Positions 11,498-22,579 of a stretch of DNA of 64,000 nucleotides are shown piece by piece (the stretch's first letter is position 1; each line of letters opens with the position of its first letter). The DNA is from a virus. The stretch lies in IMG/VR virus record IMGVR_UViG_3300020202_000064, positions 1 to 64,000 of that record. One strand, 5' to 3'. Made by a program: the position numbers and the translations under genes. The notes under the pieces were generated by a model, which saw nothing but the letters and a program-made list of their open reading frames with translations, searched no databases and was not told the origin of the DNA.

Positions 11498-13186
11498 TTA
11501 AATTACATTTTCAAAACTAACGGGATGCCTTTGGGTAATTGGCAAATTGCGGCCAAATCCAAATGCGCGACGATGAATCCTCAAGCATGGGGGCGCCATC
11601 CGACGTTTGTATTCAGCACCATCAACCAGTTTAAGAATGCGCTTAATCTCCTTTAGAGTTAAATCTTGAATCAAGCCTTTGTTAAGGGAAATTTCGGTCC
11701 GGGTCAACAAATCACGTTCAAGATAGAGTTTGAGTAATGCGTCAAGAACTGGATAAGGCGGCAAACTATCGGTATCTTTCTGCCCTTCCCACAATTCAGC
11801 GCTGGGCGCTTTATCGATAATAGCGGTTGGAATGATTGGACCAGATTTGAATTCGTTGTACCAACGCGCCAAATCGTAAACTTCCATCTTGTATACATCC
11901 ATTAATACGCCCAAGCCACCAGCAACATCGCCGAAGATTGTACCATAACCAACGGATGCTTCAGATTTGTTAGTTGTATTGAGTACAAGCGCCCCATATT
12001 CATTACTAAACTCCATCAGAATCCGCATACGAATGCGCGGCTGTAAATTTTCAATGGTGAGACGTTTCGGCGGCGTTATTTCGTCTTTAAATGTTTTCGA
12101 GAACGTCTCAATTGCGTATTGCGTTTCCCACTCAATATTACGATTATATAGGCGGATACCCAGATTCTTACAGAGAAGAACGGAATCATCAACACTCCCC
12201 TTGCTAGAATACTGCGCGGGCATTGTTATTGCCGTCACGTTTTCCGCGCCAATCGCGTCACTAGCGAGCGCCAACACTACCGCACTGTCGATACCACCAG
12301 ATGAACCAACAACAGCACTCTTAAAACCGTTCTTCTTCATGTAATCCCGAAGACCGAGAACAAGGTGATTATAAATCAGCGCATTTTCGTCACAATTAGT
12401 TGTATACTCAAGACAGGTTCCGTCCAAATTAACCAACCACATCTCTTCCAAAAACCCGACGCCGCAACGAACACGACTTTTCGGAAATGCAACAAAACTA
12501 TGCCCATCAAAGATTAAGCTGTCTTGACCACCAACCTGATTGACATAAACAATTGGCACGCCATACTTCTTAGATAGTCGATTATACATATCATATCGCT
12601 GAGTATGTTTACCGATATGTGATGGCGAGGCGTTGATTGTAATCAAGGCGTCCGGCTGAAACAGTCCCATTGTATTAGCAACGGGGTTAGTTGGATAGAT
12701 TGGGGCATCACAAATCGCCTCGTCATTCCAACAATCTTCACAAATAAGCAATCCGAACGACTTTCCGCCAACTTTAAAATAGTTTTGTTGATTAAATTTG
12801 CCGGGTTCAAAATAACGCGCTTCATCAAACACGTTATAGGTTGGGAGTAATTGCTTGTGGTATCGCATTATCTCCAACCCATTCTTAAACACCACCGCCG
12901 AATTTTGAAGTGGCTTACCCACTCCCAGATTGCGTGTCACCACGCCTAAAACAATTGTTGCCTCGGTTTCCGTGGTTAGTTTTCGAATATCTTCAACATA
13001 AGCAAGCTGTTCCTCCACGAAGCCGCGCCGCAGCAACAAATCATTCGGCGGATAACCTGTAAGCGTAAGTTCTGGGAATACAATGATTTCTGCTCCGTGG
13101 TAATTTTTAATGGTAAGGTAAACTTTCTCAAAGTTCCCTCGTAAGTCACCGACAATAGGATTGAGTTGCGCCAGTAAGATTTTCAT
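11498..13186 (-). CDS. nadE: Glutamine-dependent NAD+ synthetase
   Basis: Nitrilase domain (FPEL, K, ICED) plus SGGIDS, ENLQPRIR, NKSE, PSAEL. Confidence 0.95.
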   Translation of the reverse strand: MKILLAQLNPIVGDLRGNFEKVYLTIKNYHGAEIIVFPELTLTGYPPNDLLLRRGFVEEQLAYVEDIRKLTTETEATIVLGVVTRNLGVGKPLQNSAVVFKNGLEIMRYHKQLLPTYNVFDEARYFEPGKFNQQNYFKVGGKSFGLLICEDCWNDEAICDAPIYPTNPVANTMGLFQPDALITINASPSHIGKHTQRYDMYNRLSKKYGVPIVYVNQVGGQDSLIFDGHSFVAFPKSRVRCGVGFLEEMWLVNLDGTCLEYTTNCDENALIYNHLVLGLRDYMKKNGFKSAVVGSSGGIDSAVVLALASDAIGAENVTAITMPAQYSSKGSVDDSVLLCKNLGIRLYNRNIEWETQYAIETFSKTFKDEITPPKRLTIENLQPRIRMRILMEFSNEYGALVLNTTNKSEASVGYGTIFGDVAGGLGVLMDVYKMEVYDLARWYNEFKSGPIIPTAIIDKAPSAELWEGQKDTDSLPPYPVLDALLKLYLERDLLTRTEISLNKGLIQDLTLKEIKRILKLVDGAEYKRRMAPPCLRIHRRAFGFGRNLPITQRHPVSFENVI

Positions 13187-13408
13187 TTGGTGAGAGAAAG
13201 AATGAGGAATATGAAACCGTCAAGAAGAAAGTGGCTAATAATCCGCCATCTCATCCATTGATATGTTTTTCGTTGGTACTATACAACACAAATACAAAAC
13301 GCATATCATTAGCTGCGACGTGTTGTACGCGCCATCCATCATTCAACATTGATTGAACCTCATGAAAACACTCTATATTCCCAGCTTGTACCGTTATAAT
13401 TTTGTATT

Positions 13409-14617
13409 TCATAGGTTTTGCGCTACGTATTTAATATATTCCAAATATTGGGGGCTTACGCACATCGCCTTTTCTGGATTATTTGACAGTTTGGCAACGG
13501 GTTGTCCGTTACAATATGTCATCTTCATTACAACCTGCGGAACAGGAATGAACGTATCATTTGTCAGATTTGTTCCAATACCAAATGCCACATTTATTTC
13601 GGGCGAGATTTCCCGATGTATTTTGAACATTGTTTCAAAATCCAACCCATCTGAAAAGAATAACGTCTTGGTCTTGGGATTGATTTCATATAATTCATAC
13701 ATCTTAATCATTGTTTTAGCCCAATGAAAAGGGTCGCCGCTGTCATGGCGCAGGCCACGATATTTCGTCGCCAAATCCTTATCAAAATCTCGTAAGAATT
13801 TATCGGTTCCCAAAGTGTCGTTTAGTGCAATCGCCAGCGCGCTTCCAAACGTGTTATACCATAGATGAAAGGCATCAGACTGACTATCTTGTATACGCCC
13901 CATAGCCTGCATCCCCATGACGTATTCATGTCCAAACGTTCCAACCGGTTTAATATTTAAACGTCGGGCTAAATTTACATTACTTGTGCCAAAAATAACT
14001 TTATTTTTAACAAGTTCTTCAACCACAAATTCCTGCCAGTTAGCAGATAAACGGCGGCGCGTGCCAAATTCAATCAGATTAACGGGTGGCAAAGACTTTG
14101 TGACAAGTATTTCATTATATTCTTTGAGATTATTAATCTTGTCTTCTAAACGCGTCTTACCAGTGAGTTTAACACTGTCTTCGTGAATACTATTTCTGCT
14201 ACAATATCTTTTCGAATAGTGCTCGTTACAAATCGAAAGAATAAATGTTTCATATAGCATTATTTTATACCAAGGTCCAATAGCTTCCGGTAAATGCTTT
14301 CGGATATCGTTATCGACGCAGTAAGACACAATATCTCTTTCCGGACTGAGGGGTGAACCCATCAAAAAATGAATATAATCTTCGGTGAAATGACCTAATG
14401 AACGAAGATAATCCGCTTCGTCACGGGTAAGAGAAAGATTTTTTAATTCCATGATTCCTTCTTCTAAACCATAGGAATAACGCCAAAAATCAACCGCATC
14501 GATATTCCGAACAGACATGCGATAGCGCGCTTCTACTCTAGGAAATTTCTGGAAGATAAGTTGCCCTACGGTCAGCTTATATAAGTCCAAATCAAGAATT
14601 GATTTTATGATAGACAT
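13409..14617 (-). CDS. pncB: Nicotinate phosphoribosyltransferase
   Basis: DLYKLT, EFGTRRR, GTSNV, GTFGHE, RHDSGDP, FSDGL, GIGTNLTND. Confidence 0.93.
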   Translation of the reverse strand: MSIIKSILDLDLYKLTVGQLIFQKFPRVEARYRMSVRNIDAVDFWRYSYGLEEGIMELKNLSLTRDEADYLRSLGHFTEDYIHFLMGSPLSPERDIVSYCVDNDIRKHLPEAIGPWYKIMLYETFILSICNEHYSKRYCSRNSIHEDSVKLTGKTRLEDKINNLKEYNEILVTKSLPPVNLIEFGTRRRLSANWQEFVVEELVKNKVIFGTSNVNLARRLNIKPVGTFGHEYVMGMQAMGRIQDSQSDAFHLWYNTFGSALAIALNDTLGTDKFLRDFDKDLATKYRGLRHDSGDPFHWAKTMIKMYELYEINPKTKTLFFSDGLDFETMFKIHREISPEINVAFGIGTNLTNDTFIPVPQVVMKMTYCNGQPVAKLSNNPEKAMCVSPQYLEYIKYVAQNL

Positions 14618-14625
14618 TAGATTTA

Positions 14626-15135
14626 TTACTTTTTACTAAACTTAAAAGTTGGTTCGTAAGTTTCATTCCGGCAGGGTTTGTCATATGTTACCGACCAACC
14701 TTTCGCTTCGTATATTGGTTCGATATCAAGATAGCCTCGGTCAAAAATAGTTGAATGTCGTAGCTTGAGTTTTTTACTTATCAACCTTAGTATATCTTTC
14801 TGTTTAAATTGGGAGTACGAGCCACTCCAATTGGCCGCAATTAACTCGTTGAAGCTTTCGATAACTTCAGATGGTATCACCTTTTCTTTATGTTTCGTAA
14901 CCTCATCAAGTGTAATTGGGCGAATTGTACCGGGTTGAGGAATTTCAAGTTTTTGTTTAACCTGTTTCAGTTCTTCTTGGGTAAGCGCTGCTTCTATGGC
15001 GAATATTTCTGCCCACATTTTATTTGAATGCGCCTGTCCAGAGCCATCGGGGTCGTCCGATAAATAGCTATCTTCGAAATGTTGCTTTTGCTTTCGAGCC
15101 TCCAAATCCTTTTTCTGCTGCTCTAAAGATTCCAT
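14626..15135 (-). CDS. Hypothetical phage protein
   Basis: ORF in operon. Confidence 0.55.
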   Translation of the reverse strand: MESLEQQKKDLEARKQKQHFEDSYLSDDPDGSGQAHSNKMWAEIFAIEAALTQEELKQVKQKLEIPQPGTIRPITLDEVTKHKEKVIPSEVIESFNELIAANWSGSYSQFKQKDILRLISKKLKLRHSTIFDRGYLDIEPIYEAKGWSVTYDKPCRNETYEPTFKFSKK

Positions 15136-15229
15136 TTTATAAATACGATTCCGGATTTAATCAGAAATACCAATGTAACCAAACCAAGTATGAACCCAAT
15201 TACAAGCGTTTCAAGATATTGAGAAAGTT

Positions 15230-16939
15230 TCATTTTGCAGAGATTTTATAAAGTGAATTGCCATCCACAATATAAGTGTCGTTTTTGTAAATTGTGATTT
15301 TTTCTCCACCGTTGAGCGGCGAGTCAACCACCTTAACCTTTGCATTGTCAAGGAAGATTTCCAATTTATCGCCATTTTCTGCAATACAAACACCGTTATC
15401 TTTGACACTGAAATTAACTTCTTCCAAGACAGCATCGTGCTCAACTCGTCCCGAATAAGAAGTGTGGTCCTTGTTGAATATCAGGGTATGGCGCTCATAT
15501 TTACCATTACGTTCTGCAATGATAATTGCCACTCCACTATCATATTTAGCGCCCACAACTCGGCAGCGGTCTAACTCCTTGATACGCACAATGGCACAGC
15601 GACCGGCTTCGTAAGGGATAGCGGCACGACAGGTTCCCAACATATCCTGCAACACTATCCCGTCAAAAATCTTATGATTGTGGAAGATATTTGCGATGTA
15701 CTGTTGTAGGGCATTTATCTTCACGCCCGAATTTCTGAAGGACAACTCAACCAAGGAATCACGTACCACCGTATAGACGCACCGATTCAAAACGAAGAAT
15801 CCATTTTGACACGCGATTTCCCCAAGGTGTTTTATACTAACATTATCGTAGGTCGAGTAGGATAGAGTCCCGTTTATCTTGTTCCAACGCAACCATACTG
15901 GCTTATCTCCATGTGTCGCGACCAAATCATGAACAATGCGCTTTTGAGTATAACCAGTGACAGGGGTAGAAGCGAAGAATGTCTTCGAATCACCCCAAAC
16001 CGTTCCATCTGTAATAACCCAGCACACTCCATCAATGAATCTAACGACACAAATTGGGGCTTTATAATTACGCACCTCAACGATGTCAAACTTATCATTA
16101 CTAAGTACAACCTTAGCAACGACTGAACCCATTGGCGCGATTGCGTCCGGTTCGGGCGGCAACGTCCTATCCCCCTTTTCAAAAATCGACTCGAACCAGC
16201 GTAGGTGTCCCTTTGGAATCACGTTCAAATCTTGACAGGCGGGTGGCAGCTTACACTTCTTATTAAAGACGCTAATCCCCTTGTCCATCATTTCCATCCA
16301 ATCTTTTGGCGCAAAGTCGGGATGACGCCCCTTATAAGGATGGCAACCAATGTACAACTGGAACATTGTAATTGCCATGCTGAACCAATCACTCAGTTCG
16401 GTGAAATTGTGTCCCTTTACCTTACGGTCCCGCACCGATTCCATCAATGCCGTGGCTGGATAAGAAGCCGTTTTATAGGAATCCACATCGATAAAGTATA
16501 CATTATCGAATTGCGCCGAAGTAAGAAAATTATTCTCATTCAAATCTACGCCCAAAATCTTGTGCGCATGAATTCCCTTAAGGGTATCCTGCATTATCTT
16601 GACCAGCGCCGCCGCATCTGTATTTGAAAAACCGTTTCTATCTCGGAACCCTTTCGAGAAGAGTTTACAGAGGAATTCGCAGTTTTTCACATACTTCATA
16701 ACAAAACCAACTGGATTGTTATTCTTGTATATGACTTCTTGCGGCCCAAGTACGTTGTTCAAATTGCGGAGTACCGACAACTCCACAATTTTACCCTCGG
16801 GAATCATCTTGGAGGCTTCATGATACAGTTTGTAAGCATCGTGCCCCTTTACGAAGATTGCACCTTCGCCGCCCGATGCAACGTAGTCAGATTGTGTTAA
16901 TGAGACGGTTTTACCGCCAACTGTATAGGTGCCAGTCAT
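15230..16939 (-). CDS. Ser/Thr protein kinase (YegI-like, TerY-P type)
   Basis: GGEGAI, AYKLY, DLNENNFL, IDVDS, DWFS, HPYKG. Confidence 0.82.
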   Translation of the reverse strand: MTGTYTVGGKTVSLTQSDYVASGGEGAIFVKGHDAYKLYHEASKMIPEGKIVELSVLRNLNNVLGPQEVIYKNNNPVGFVMKYVKNCEFLCKLFSKGFRDRNGFSNTDAAALVKIMQDTLKGIHAHKILGVDLNENNFLTSAQFDNVYFIDVDSYKTASYPATALMESVRDRKVKGHNFTELSDWFSMAITMFQLYIGCHPYKGRHPDFAPKDWMEMMDKGISVFNKKCKLPPACQDLNVIPKGHLRWFESIFEKGDRTLPPEPDAIAPMGSVVAKVVLSNDKFDIVEVRNYKAPICVVRFIDGVCWVITDGTVWGDSKTFFASTPVTGYTQKRIVHDLVATHGDKPVWLRWNKINGTLSYSTYDNVSIKHLGEIACQNGFFVLNRCVYTVVRDSLVELSFRNSGVKINALQQYIANIFHNHKIFDGIVLQDMLGTCRAAIPYEAGRCAIVRIKELDRCRVVGAKYDSGVAIIIAERNGKYERHTLIFNKDHTSYSGRVEHDAVLEEVNFSVKDNGVCIAENGDKLEIFLDNAKVKVVDSPLNGGEKITIYKNDTYIVDGNSLYKISAK

Positions 16940-17779
16940 TTTATATAAATTTCCATCACCATTTTTTTATGTCGTCTCCACGTGTCTGCCGCCTGTTTCC
17001 TTCCGCATGTACAAAACTCAGTCATTGAGAATTCACAATTAGACAGGTGTTCGCGATATTTCATGACTTCATCACCCGCAAGAATCAAAGCATAAATATC
17101 TCTTTTTTCCGTATCGTTCATTTAAAATGTTTTGCCATCGCTGTTTCCTTCGCGGAACAACAACCACCATGCCTGCAAATATCTCCACCTTTACCCATAT
17201 AACTGCCGCACATGCAAAGGTTTTCGTCGATATCGCTATAAACCCAATTGTAATAGCCGCGTTTTAACTTATAGAAAATGAGCCATACATGCGTCATTTT
17301 CCCAATGAGAAAGTTCTTCATAGTGAATCGGTTTGGGAGTGTACATCCTGCGCTTACGAATAATCTGGCGACAACAAAGAGCACATTCTGTTATATGGGT
17401 GTGATACCAGCATCCTTTGTTTGGTTTGGGACCATTTCTGGTCATATGCATGCCGCTACCACGTTTCATTTAAATTGTGGAAATCGTTCCGTTCGGCCAA
17501 ACTTCACAAAAAAAAGATAATCTTTGGCGTTTGGATGATATTTTCTTCCGGAGCAAACTCCTTTCAAAGACTCTATCGCACCTTCTTTCGTCGCTCCACA
17601 AGCGGTGAATTCATTTACTCCCGCTTCTCCATATCCAGCCCAAGCGTATTGTGTGCCTACTAACGTAGCCCTGATATGACTCCCCACTAGGTCGAGCCGG
17701 ATTTTAAAACCCATTGTCTCTAACCAATGTAGAAAGTCAACCTTTTGATTTGACTCAATAATATTATCTATAATAACGC

Positions 17780-18643
17780 TCATATAAAATTAATTGTGGC
17801 AACTGAAATATCGTCAAAATGTTGCCAGCCATCCTTGGCGCATTGTCTCTTAAAAGCAATCATGCGTCGTTTGACAAATTCCCCATGGAAATTCTTATAG
17901 CCGCCAAGTTCACCAAAGAGTACATGATTTGCCATCGTCATATTAGAGTTGTCCTTCTTATGGAAAGTGTCGATACCATCAGAGAAGACCGACGCAAAAG
18001 CAAGATTTTTTGACGCGTCTGAATATTTTTCGTAATGAAATTTGACACCCGATTCGACCGTTTCGGGGACTTCTGTCAGGTGAGTTGGGGTTACGATATA
18101 TCCCGCGCGTGTGCCAAATTTCGTACCAAACACTCTTTCATATTCCTGTCGTCGTTCGGCATTCCGTAAATAAGAGAGGTAAAATGGCGCATTAGAATCG
18201 AATGAAATTTTGGTCAAATAACCATCATTCGATTTGTACTTGAAATAGAGTGAACCGTCTCCCCAACAAAACGAATATAGGTTATCGTTTAACTCGTCAT
18301 AGAGCAAAGCCACAATCGTAGAGTCTAGTAACGTTTCATCTGGGAACATTCTATTCCATGGCAGACTAAACGTACCATCTAGAATTGCCAAACCAAGTTC
18401 TACCTTGAGTGAGTCAATCTGACCGTTACGAATTAAGAATCTGGCCGCATTGATAAAGTGATACGTTAATACGCGCGCTCCCACATCTGTATCCATGCTG
18501 TTAGAACATCCATCCGCAACGATAGCATAATGATACCGCTTATCATCAACTATAAAACTTCCGCTTTTGGCGTAATCTTGGCAAAAGATATGTCCAGCAC
18601 CAATTTCGTAATATGAATCGGTTTTAATCATGCTTAAATTCAA
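17780..18643 (-). CDS. PP2C-like phosphatase (YegK-like)
   Basis: HIFCQD, VADGCS, WGDG, FSDGI, DDIS. Confidence 0.85.
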   Translation of the reverse strand: MNLSMIKTDSYYEIGAGHIFCQDYAKSGSFIVDDKRYHYAIVADGCSNSMDTDVGARVLTYHFINAARFLIRNGQIDSLKVELGLAILDGTFSLPWNRMFPDETLLDSTIVALLYDELNDNLYSFCWGDGSLYFKYKSNDGYLTKISFDSNAPFYLSYLRNAERRQEYERVFGTKFGTRAGYIVTPTHLTEVPETVESGVKFHYEKYSDASKNLAFASVFSDGIDTFHKKDNSNMTMANHVLFGELGGYKNFHGEFVKRRMIAFKRQCAKDGWQHFDDISVATINFI

Positions 18644-19483
18644 TTGTCATGCCCCATCCCACGTTCTTTATTCGGCAACCCATGTATTTTGCCATGCAAT
18701 ATTGACAAATTATCTTTTGATAATGCTTGTTATGTTCTTCTTCCCAACCCCAAGAAAATTCAATAAGTGGCCATTTCTCTTCACGCGCTTTTTGAACATA
18801 GACATCGATAATTCTGACGGTTCTGGGGTCAATGGTCATAGCGGATGCCACGCAGCACTCAATCCGAGACAATAAGCGAAGTTGGATTGAACATTTCGAG
18901 GAAAATAAGTAGCGTAGTATTGCATATAATCCCCACCAATACCGCCGCCCTCCGATTCTATTTTTACAACACAAGGATATTCTCTTGGATATTTTTTTAT
19001 CTTACTCTTGTAATAGTAGATTTTTTCATAATCTTCTTTGGTACGAACAAGATGAAAGTTGCCAATTTTCCTCGGGGGCAATCCATCAGACAAAATAAGG
19101 TCGTCCGTCTCAATTTTAAAACAGCCAAGATTAATTAGGTCGGCAAAGTTATATCGGTAGGGTGGAGACTGTTTGGAATGTTCCATGGAGTAGGTTCCAT
19201 CTCCGTTGGATAGAAACCGCTCTCCATCGTCGCGCACCAAACATTTCGGCAATTCGTTTTTAGATTTCTGGATTGACATAATAACCTTCTAAGAATAAAC
19301 GGGCTAGTTTTTTCTCGTCTTCTGAATAGTGTTCGGCGCAATCAGAGCCGCCACCACCCTCTATGCCATATTTACGGCAATATTTATCGTAATCGTAATC
19401 AGACCAAACTGCCGTCCCCAACACATAGTAAAGATACTGATGCGCCTTTACTACATGTTGGGGAGTGACATTCTCCAAATTCA

Positions 19484-20263
19484 TCAAATCGTAAGATTCT
19501 GTGATGGACCACCGGTTTTCAACGACTGACTACTCGAACTAATCGAACGACTTACAAAGTCGGCCAACTTAGCGAGTGCCTTCGCATCGGTCTTATCGAT
19601 ATGAACGAACTGGTCGAGACCTACCTGATTGGCGAAATCATCCAGATAATTTTTAATACCCGTTTCATCACCAACTCCAATTAGAATTACCTTGATAGAT
19701 TCAAGGGATTCGCTCTTACGAATCTTATCCAGAGTCGCCTTAATCTTGGAAAGGCTGGCGGTAATAGAAGAGTTCTCTTCGCCATCTGTCACAACGAATA
19801 TAACGCCATTGACGAGATAATCCATATCGGCCAATTGCTTCCCGTAGGTTGCAACTGCTTCAATGCCTTCCAGCGCCGAATCGAATAGCGCCGTACCACC
19901 AGCGGGGTTAAGTGAAATTTTCGACTCGTCGATTGTATCAAGACCTTGGAAGCCGTGAAGTTCATTCAAGTTCGTATTGAACGCAACCGCACGAATCAGC
20001 AGGTTTTCAGCACGAGGATTCTTGCGACAACTTCCAACAATCTCCTTGTAAGCCTTTTCGAGACCGGCCTTGAAGGGTTGTACAGAACCCGAAACATCGA
20101 TTGCAATACCAACGAGAGTATATTCGCTGGCTCCGAGGGTTTCCGGACGCTGTGCCGTGAACCCGAATTGTGAAACGGTATTAAGAACCGTCGTGTCAGC
20201 CTGACCCATTAATTTTGGCATAAGATTATTTGTTATTTCGATTATATTCTTCCGCAATCGCAA
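19484..20263 (-). CDS. vWA domain protein (TerY-like); probable start 20221
   Basis: MIDAS DVSGS, GGTALFD, VVTDGEENSS. Confidence 0.82.
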   Translation of the reverse strand: MRLRKNIIEITNNLMPKLMGQADTTVLNTVSQFGFTAQRPETLGASEYTLVGIAIDVSGSVQPFKAGLEKAYKEIVGSCRKNPRAENLLIRAVAFNTNLNELHGFQGLDTIDESKISLNPAGGTALFDSALEGIEAVATYGKQLADMDYLVNGVIFVVTDGEENSSITASLSKIKATLDKIRKSESLESIKVILIGVGDETGIKNYLDDFANQVGLDQFVHIDKTDAKALAKLADFVSRSISSSSQSLKTGGPSQNLTI

Positions 20264-20329
20264 TTTTGTTAGCTATAACAATAACGACCATACAGAAGAT
20301 AAAAAATAGAGCTAAAGGAAGTATACAAC

Positions 20330-21121
20330 TCACTTGAAGAAGGTAGTTGTCTTGGCGAACTGTACACCCTGCGCCTTCACTTCCTTTACAAAGTCATCCG
20401 CAAGGTTTTCGAAACCGGGCACGGGGCTAACCGCATCCTCAAGAATAACGAACTTCTTGGCGTGTTGAACACCGAATTCAGCGATGATTTGGCGCACAGT
20501 CGTCGCAACACAATGAGATAGTGCCTCACCACAAATTAACAAAACATCCGCATCTTCCAACCGTTTAACGAAAGTGGTATTAATGTTTGTGGTTGGGTCG
20601 GCGGGGTCTGGAACTTCCGCTGCTACAGCGCCAAAATGTTCACTGAAGATGTTGCTTCCTTTCGTTACAAAATCAGCGACAGCAAAATACTTATTCTGCC
20701 ATTCATTTACCGCATCAATAACGCAGGGATACAACCCGTGACCCCATGTTGAAATCAAACAATGTTGTGGCCAAATAACCATGCCGCCCGCAGAAAGACT
20801 CCGAACATAATCAGAATACCGCTTTTGCCACGTTGGATTGGTCGCCCTATATTTTCCGGAAACTACATCATCTTTCGTAATAAACGTAAAGGGTGGAGGG
20901 TTGTTTCCCTTAGAATCTTGCCAACAAACGCCATGTGCAACGTGCAAAGGAACGTGGGAATCAAGTGTGATGCGAATGTCATCAATTTTATCCCCATGTT
21001 GGCGAATCATAGCCGCAATGCGTTCGCAATCCTTATCGGCACCTTTAACAAACAGCGCGCCTTTTGGGTCACAAAAGTCGTTCTGGCAATCCACTAGGAC
21101 CAGTTGAATATTTTTACTCAT
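20330..21121 (-). CDS. pncA: Nicotinamidase / isochorismatase family
   Basis: VDCQNDF, DSH, WPQHC, KG, GEALSHCV. Confidence 0.85.
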   Translation of the reverse strand: MSKNIQLVLVDCQNDFCDPKGALFVKGADKDCERIAAMIRQHGDKIDDIRITLDSHVPLHVAHGVCWQDSKGNNPPPFTFITKDDVVSGKYRATNPTWQKRYSDYVRSLSAGGMVIWPQHCLISTWGHGLYPCVIDAVNEWQNKYFAVADFVTKGSNIFSEHFGAVAAEVPDPADPTTNINTTFVKRLEDADVLLICGEALSHCVATTVRQIIAEFGVQHAKKFVILEDAVSPVPGFENLADDFVKEVKAQGVQFAKTTTFFK

Positions 21122-21818
21122 ATTTAGTTAAGATTCGTTGATATTTTTGATATTTTCTTTTCAGACCAATTGCATCATTAGGATAACCCTGATAGATGAA
21201 CCGACAAAAGTCAAGTACGAATTTTCGTTTTCCGAAATAAATCATTGACCATCTGGAATTTTTAAATTTACGAAGAGATACTTTTGGGATAATTTTTAAT
21301 TTTTTACAAATCTCAAAAACGTATTTCCAATTCTGATTAAACGGACCCGTAATACAAATTCTAGCTGCACCATCTTTCGCTATGGCTATACATCCATCAC
21401 CGTCTATTATTCCACGATAAAAATATCGCTTCAAAGAACTGGGTATAATTTTTAACACTTTGGTTGGACTTTTAGCTTTAGAACAATAATCTAATCTTTG
21501 TAGAAACCTTGCTAACTTTCTATCCCAAATATTTATTGTTTTAAGTAATTTTCCTTTTCTCGGTTTATATTCATAGACGTTCCAGTTTCCAATATTATTG
21601 AAAACCACATGGAGATTTTTAAAATCTTCGTTATTTATGGTTATCTGAACGTAGTGTTTTTTCTTTCTATAATCTCCAACACAGCCGTCTGCCCATAGAA
21701 ATCCTAGAAAATATGCAATTTCGGCATTTTTTATGTTTAAAAATTGTTCGATTGGAACTTTATCCATTTTGTCCAAAAACCCTAAATTCCAGCAAACCAA
21801 GACGTTGCAATTCGTCAA
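21114..21818 (-). CDS. Free-standing LAGLIDADG homing endonuclease (probable start 21767)
   Basis: Two motifs: YFLGFLWADG and FYRGIIDGDG. Confidence 0.85.
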   Translation of the reverse strand: MTNCNVLVCWNLGFLDKMDKVPIEQFLNIKNAEIAYFLGFLWADGCVGDYRKKKHYVQITINNEDFKNLHVVFNNIGNWNVYEYKPRKGKLLKTINIWDRKLARFLQRLDYCSKAKSPTKVLKIIPSSLKRYFYRGIIDGDGCIAIAKDGAARICITGPFNQNWKYVFEICKKLKIIPKVSLRKFKNSRWSMIYFGKRKFVLDFCRFIYQGYPNDAIGLKRKYQKYQRILTKYE

Positions 21819-22579
21819 TCACTTCGTTCCATAGGTCAGTGGGAATATCTGTGTACGAAGAATATACTTTCACGCGGTCCGGAAAAGCTTCCTTGAACGG
21901 TTTTTTGATTGAAGTATTCCAATCGAAGAGACGAAATGCGTTTTTAGCCGCGCCGATGCTAGGCCAGACGGCCTTGCCACTCTGCGCTTTTATAATCTTG
22001 CCGCGCCAGTAGATTTGAACAGCTTTACCTTTTCGGAATTCATATCCAGATAAAAGCTTGTCCATTGCGTCGATGATTGATTGAGGTAAATTCATATAAC
22101 ATTAGATTTCATTATCTCTCTATCTAATTTACGATAATCGTTAATGATATCTCTCAAAATCCGAATAGGATTTGGATAGACATCTGGTGGCACCGGGGTT
22201 TTAATCCCATGAAGTGAGTTGTATTTGCGCAATGCATCCATTTCGCGCCCAATCCTTTCGGCGCGCTCACGAATCAAGCGGTCTTTTTCTTCCCACCATG
22301 TTCGGCATTCCACCCATCCCATATGGTCTTGAACGTCATATTGTTTAACAGAATAACTTCTAACAATCTTCAATTCTTTAGACCTTTTCTCTCTTAGATA
22401 GAATTCAATATAATCTTTAACCGCCGCTTCACTACGCCAAACGATAATTGGCAACATAAACGGAAAGTCGCCATATTGACGAATAAAAGTAAAGCCGCCC
22501 CACCAGCGGCGCTTTTTCAAAGCCCAACCTCTTATACCATTACCATCAACTAATTCGACAATTATATAATCACTCATAT

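Noticed and set aside
21114-21818. Group I intron or intein around the LAGLIDADG gene
   Set aside because: Flanking ORFs overlap it directly and look complete; no intron core or intein terminal motifs were seen.
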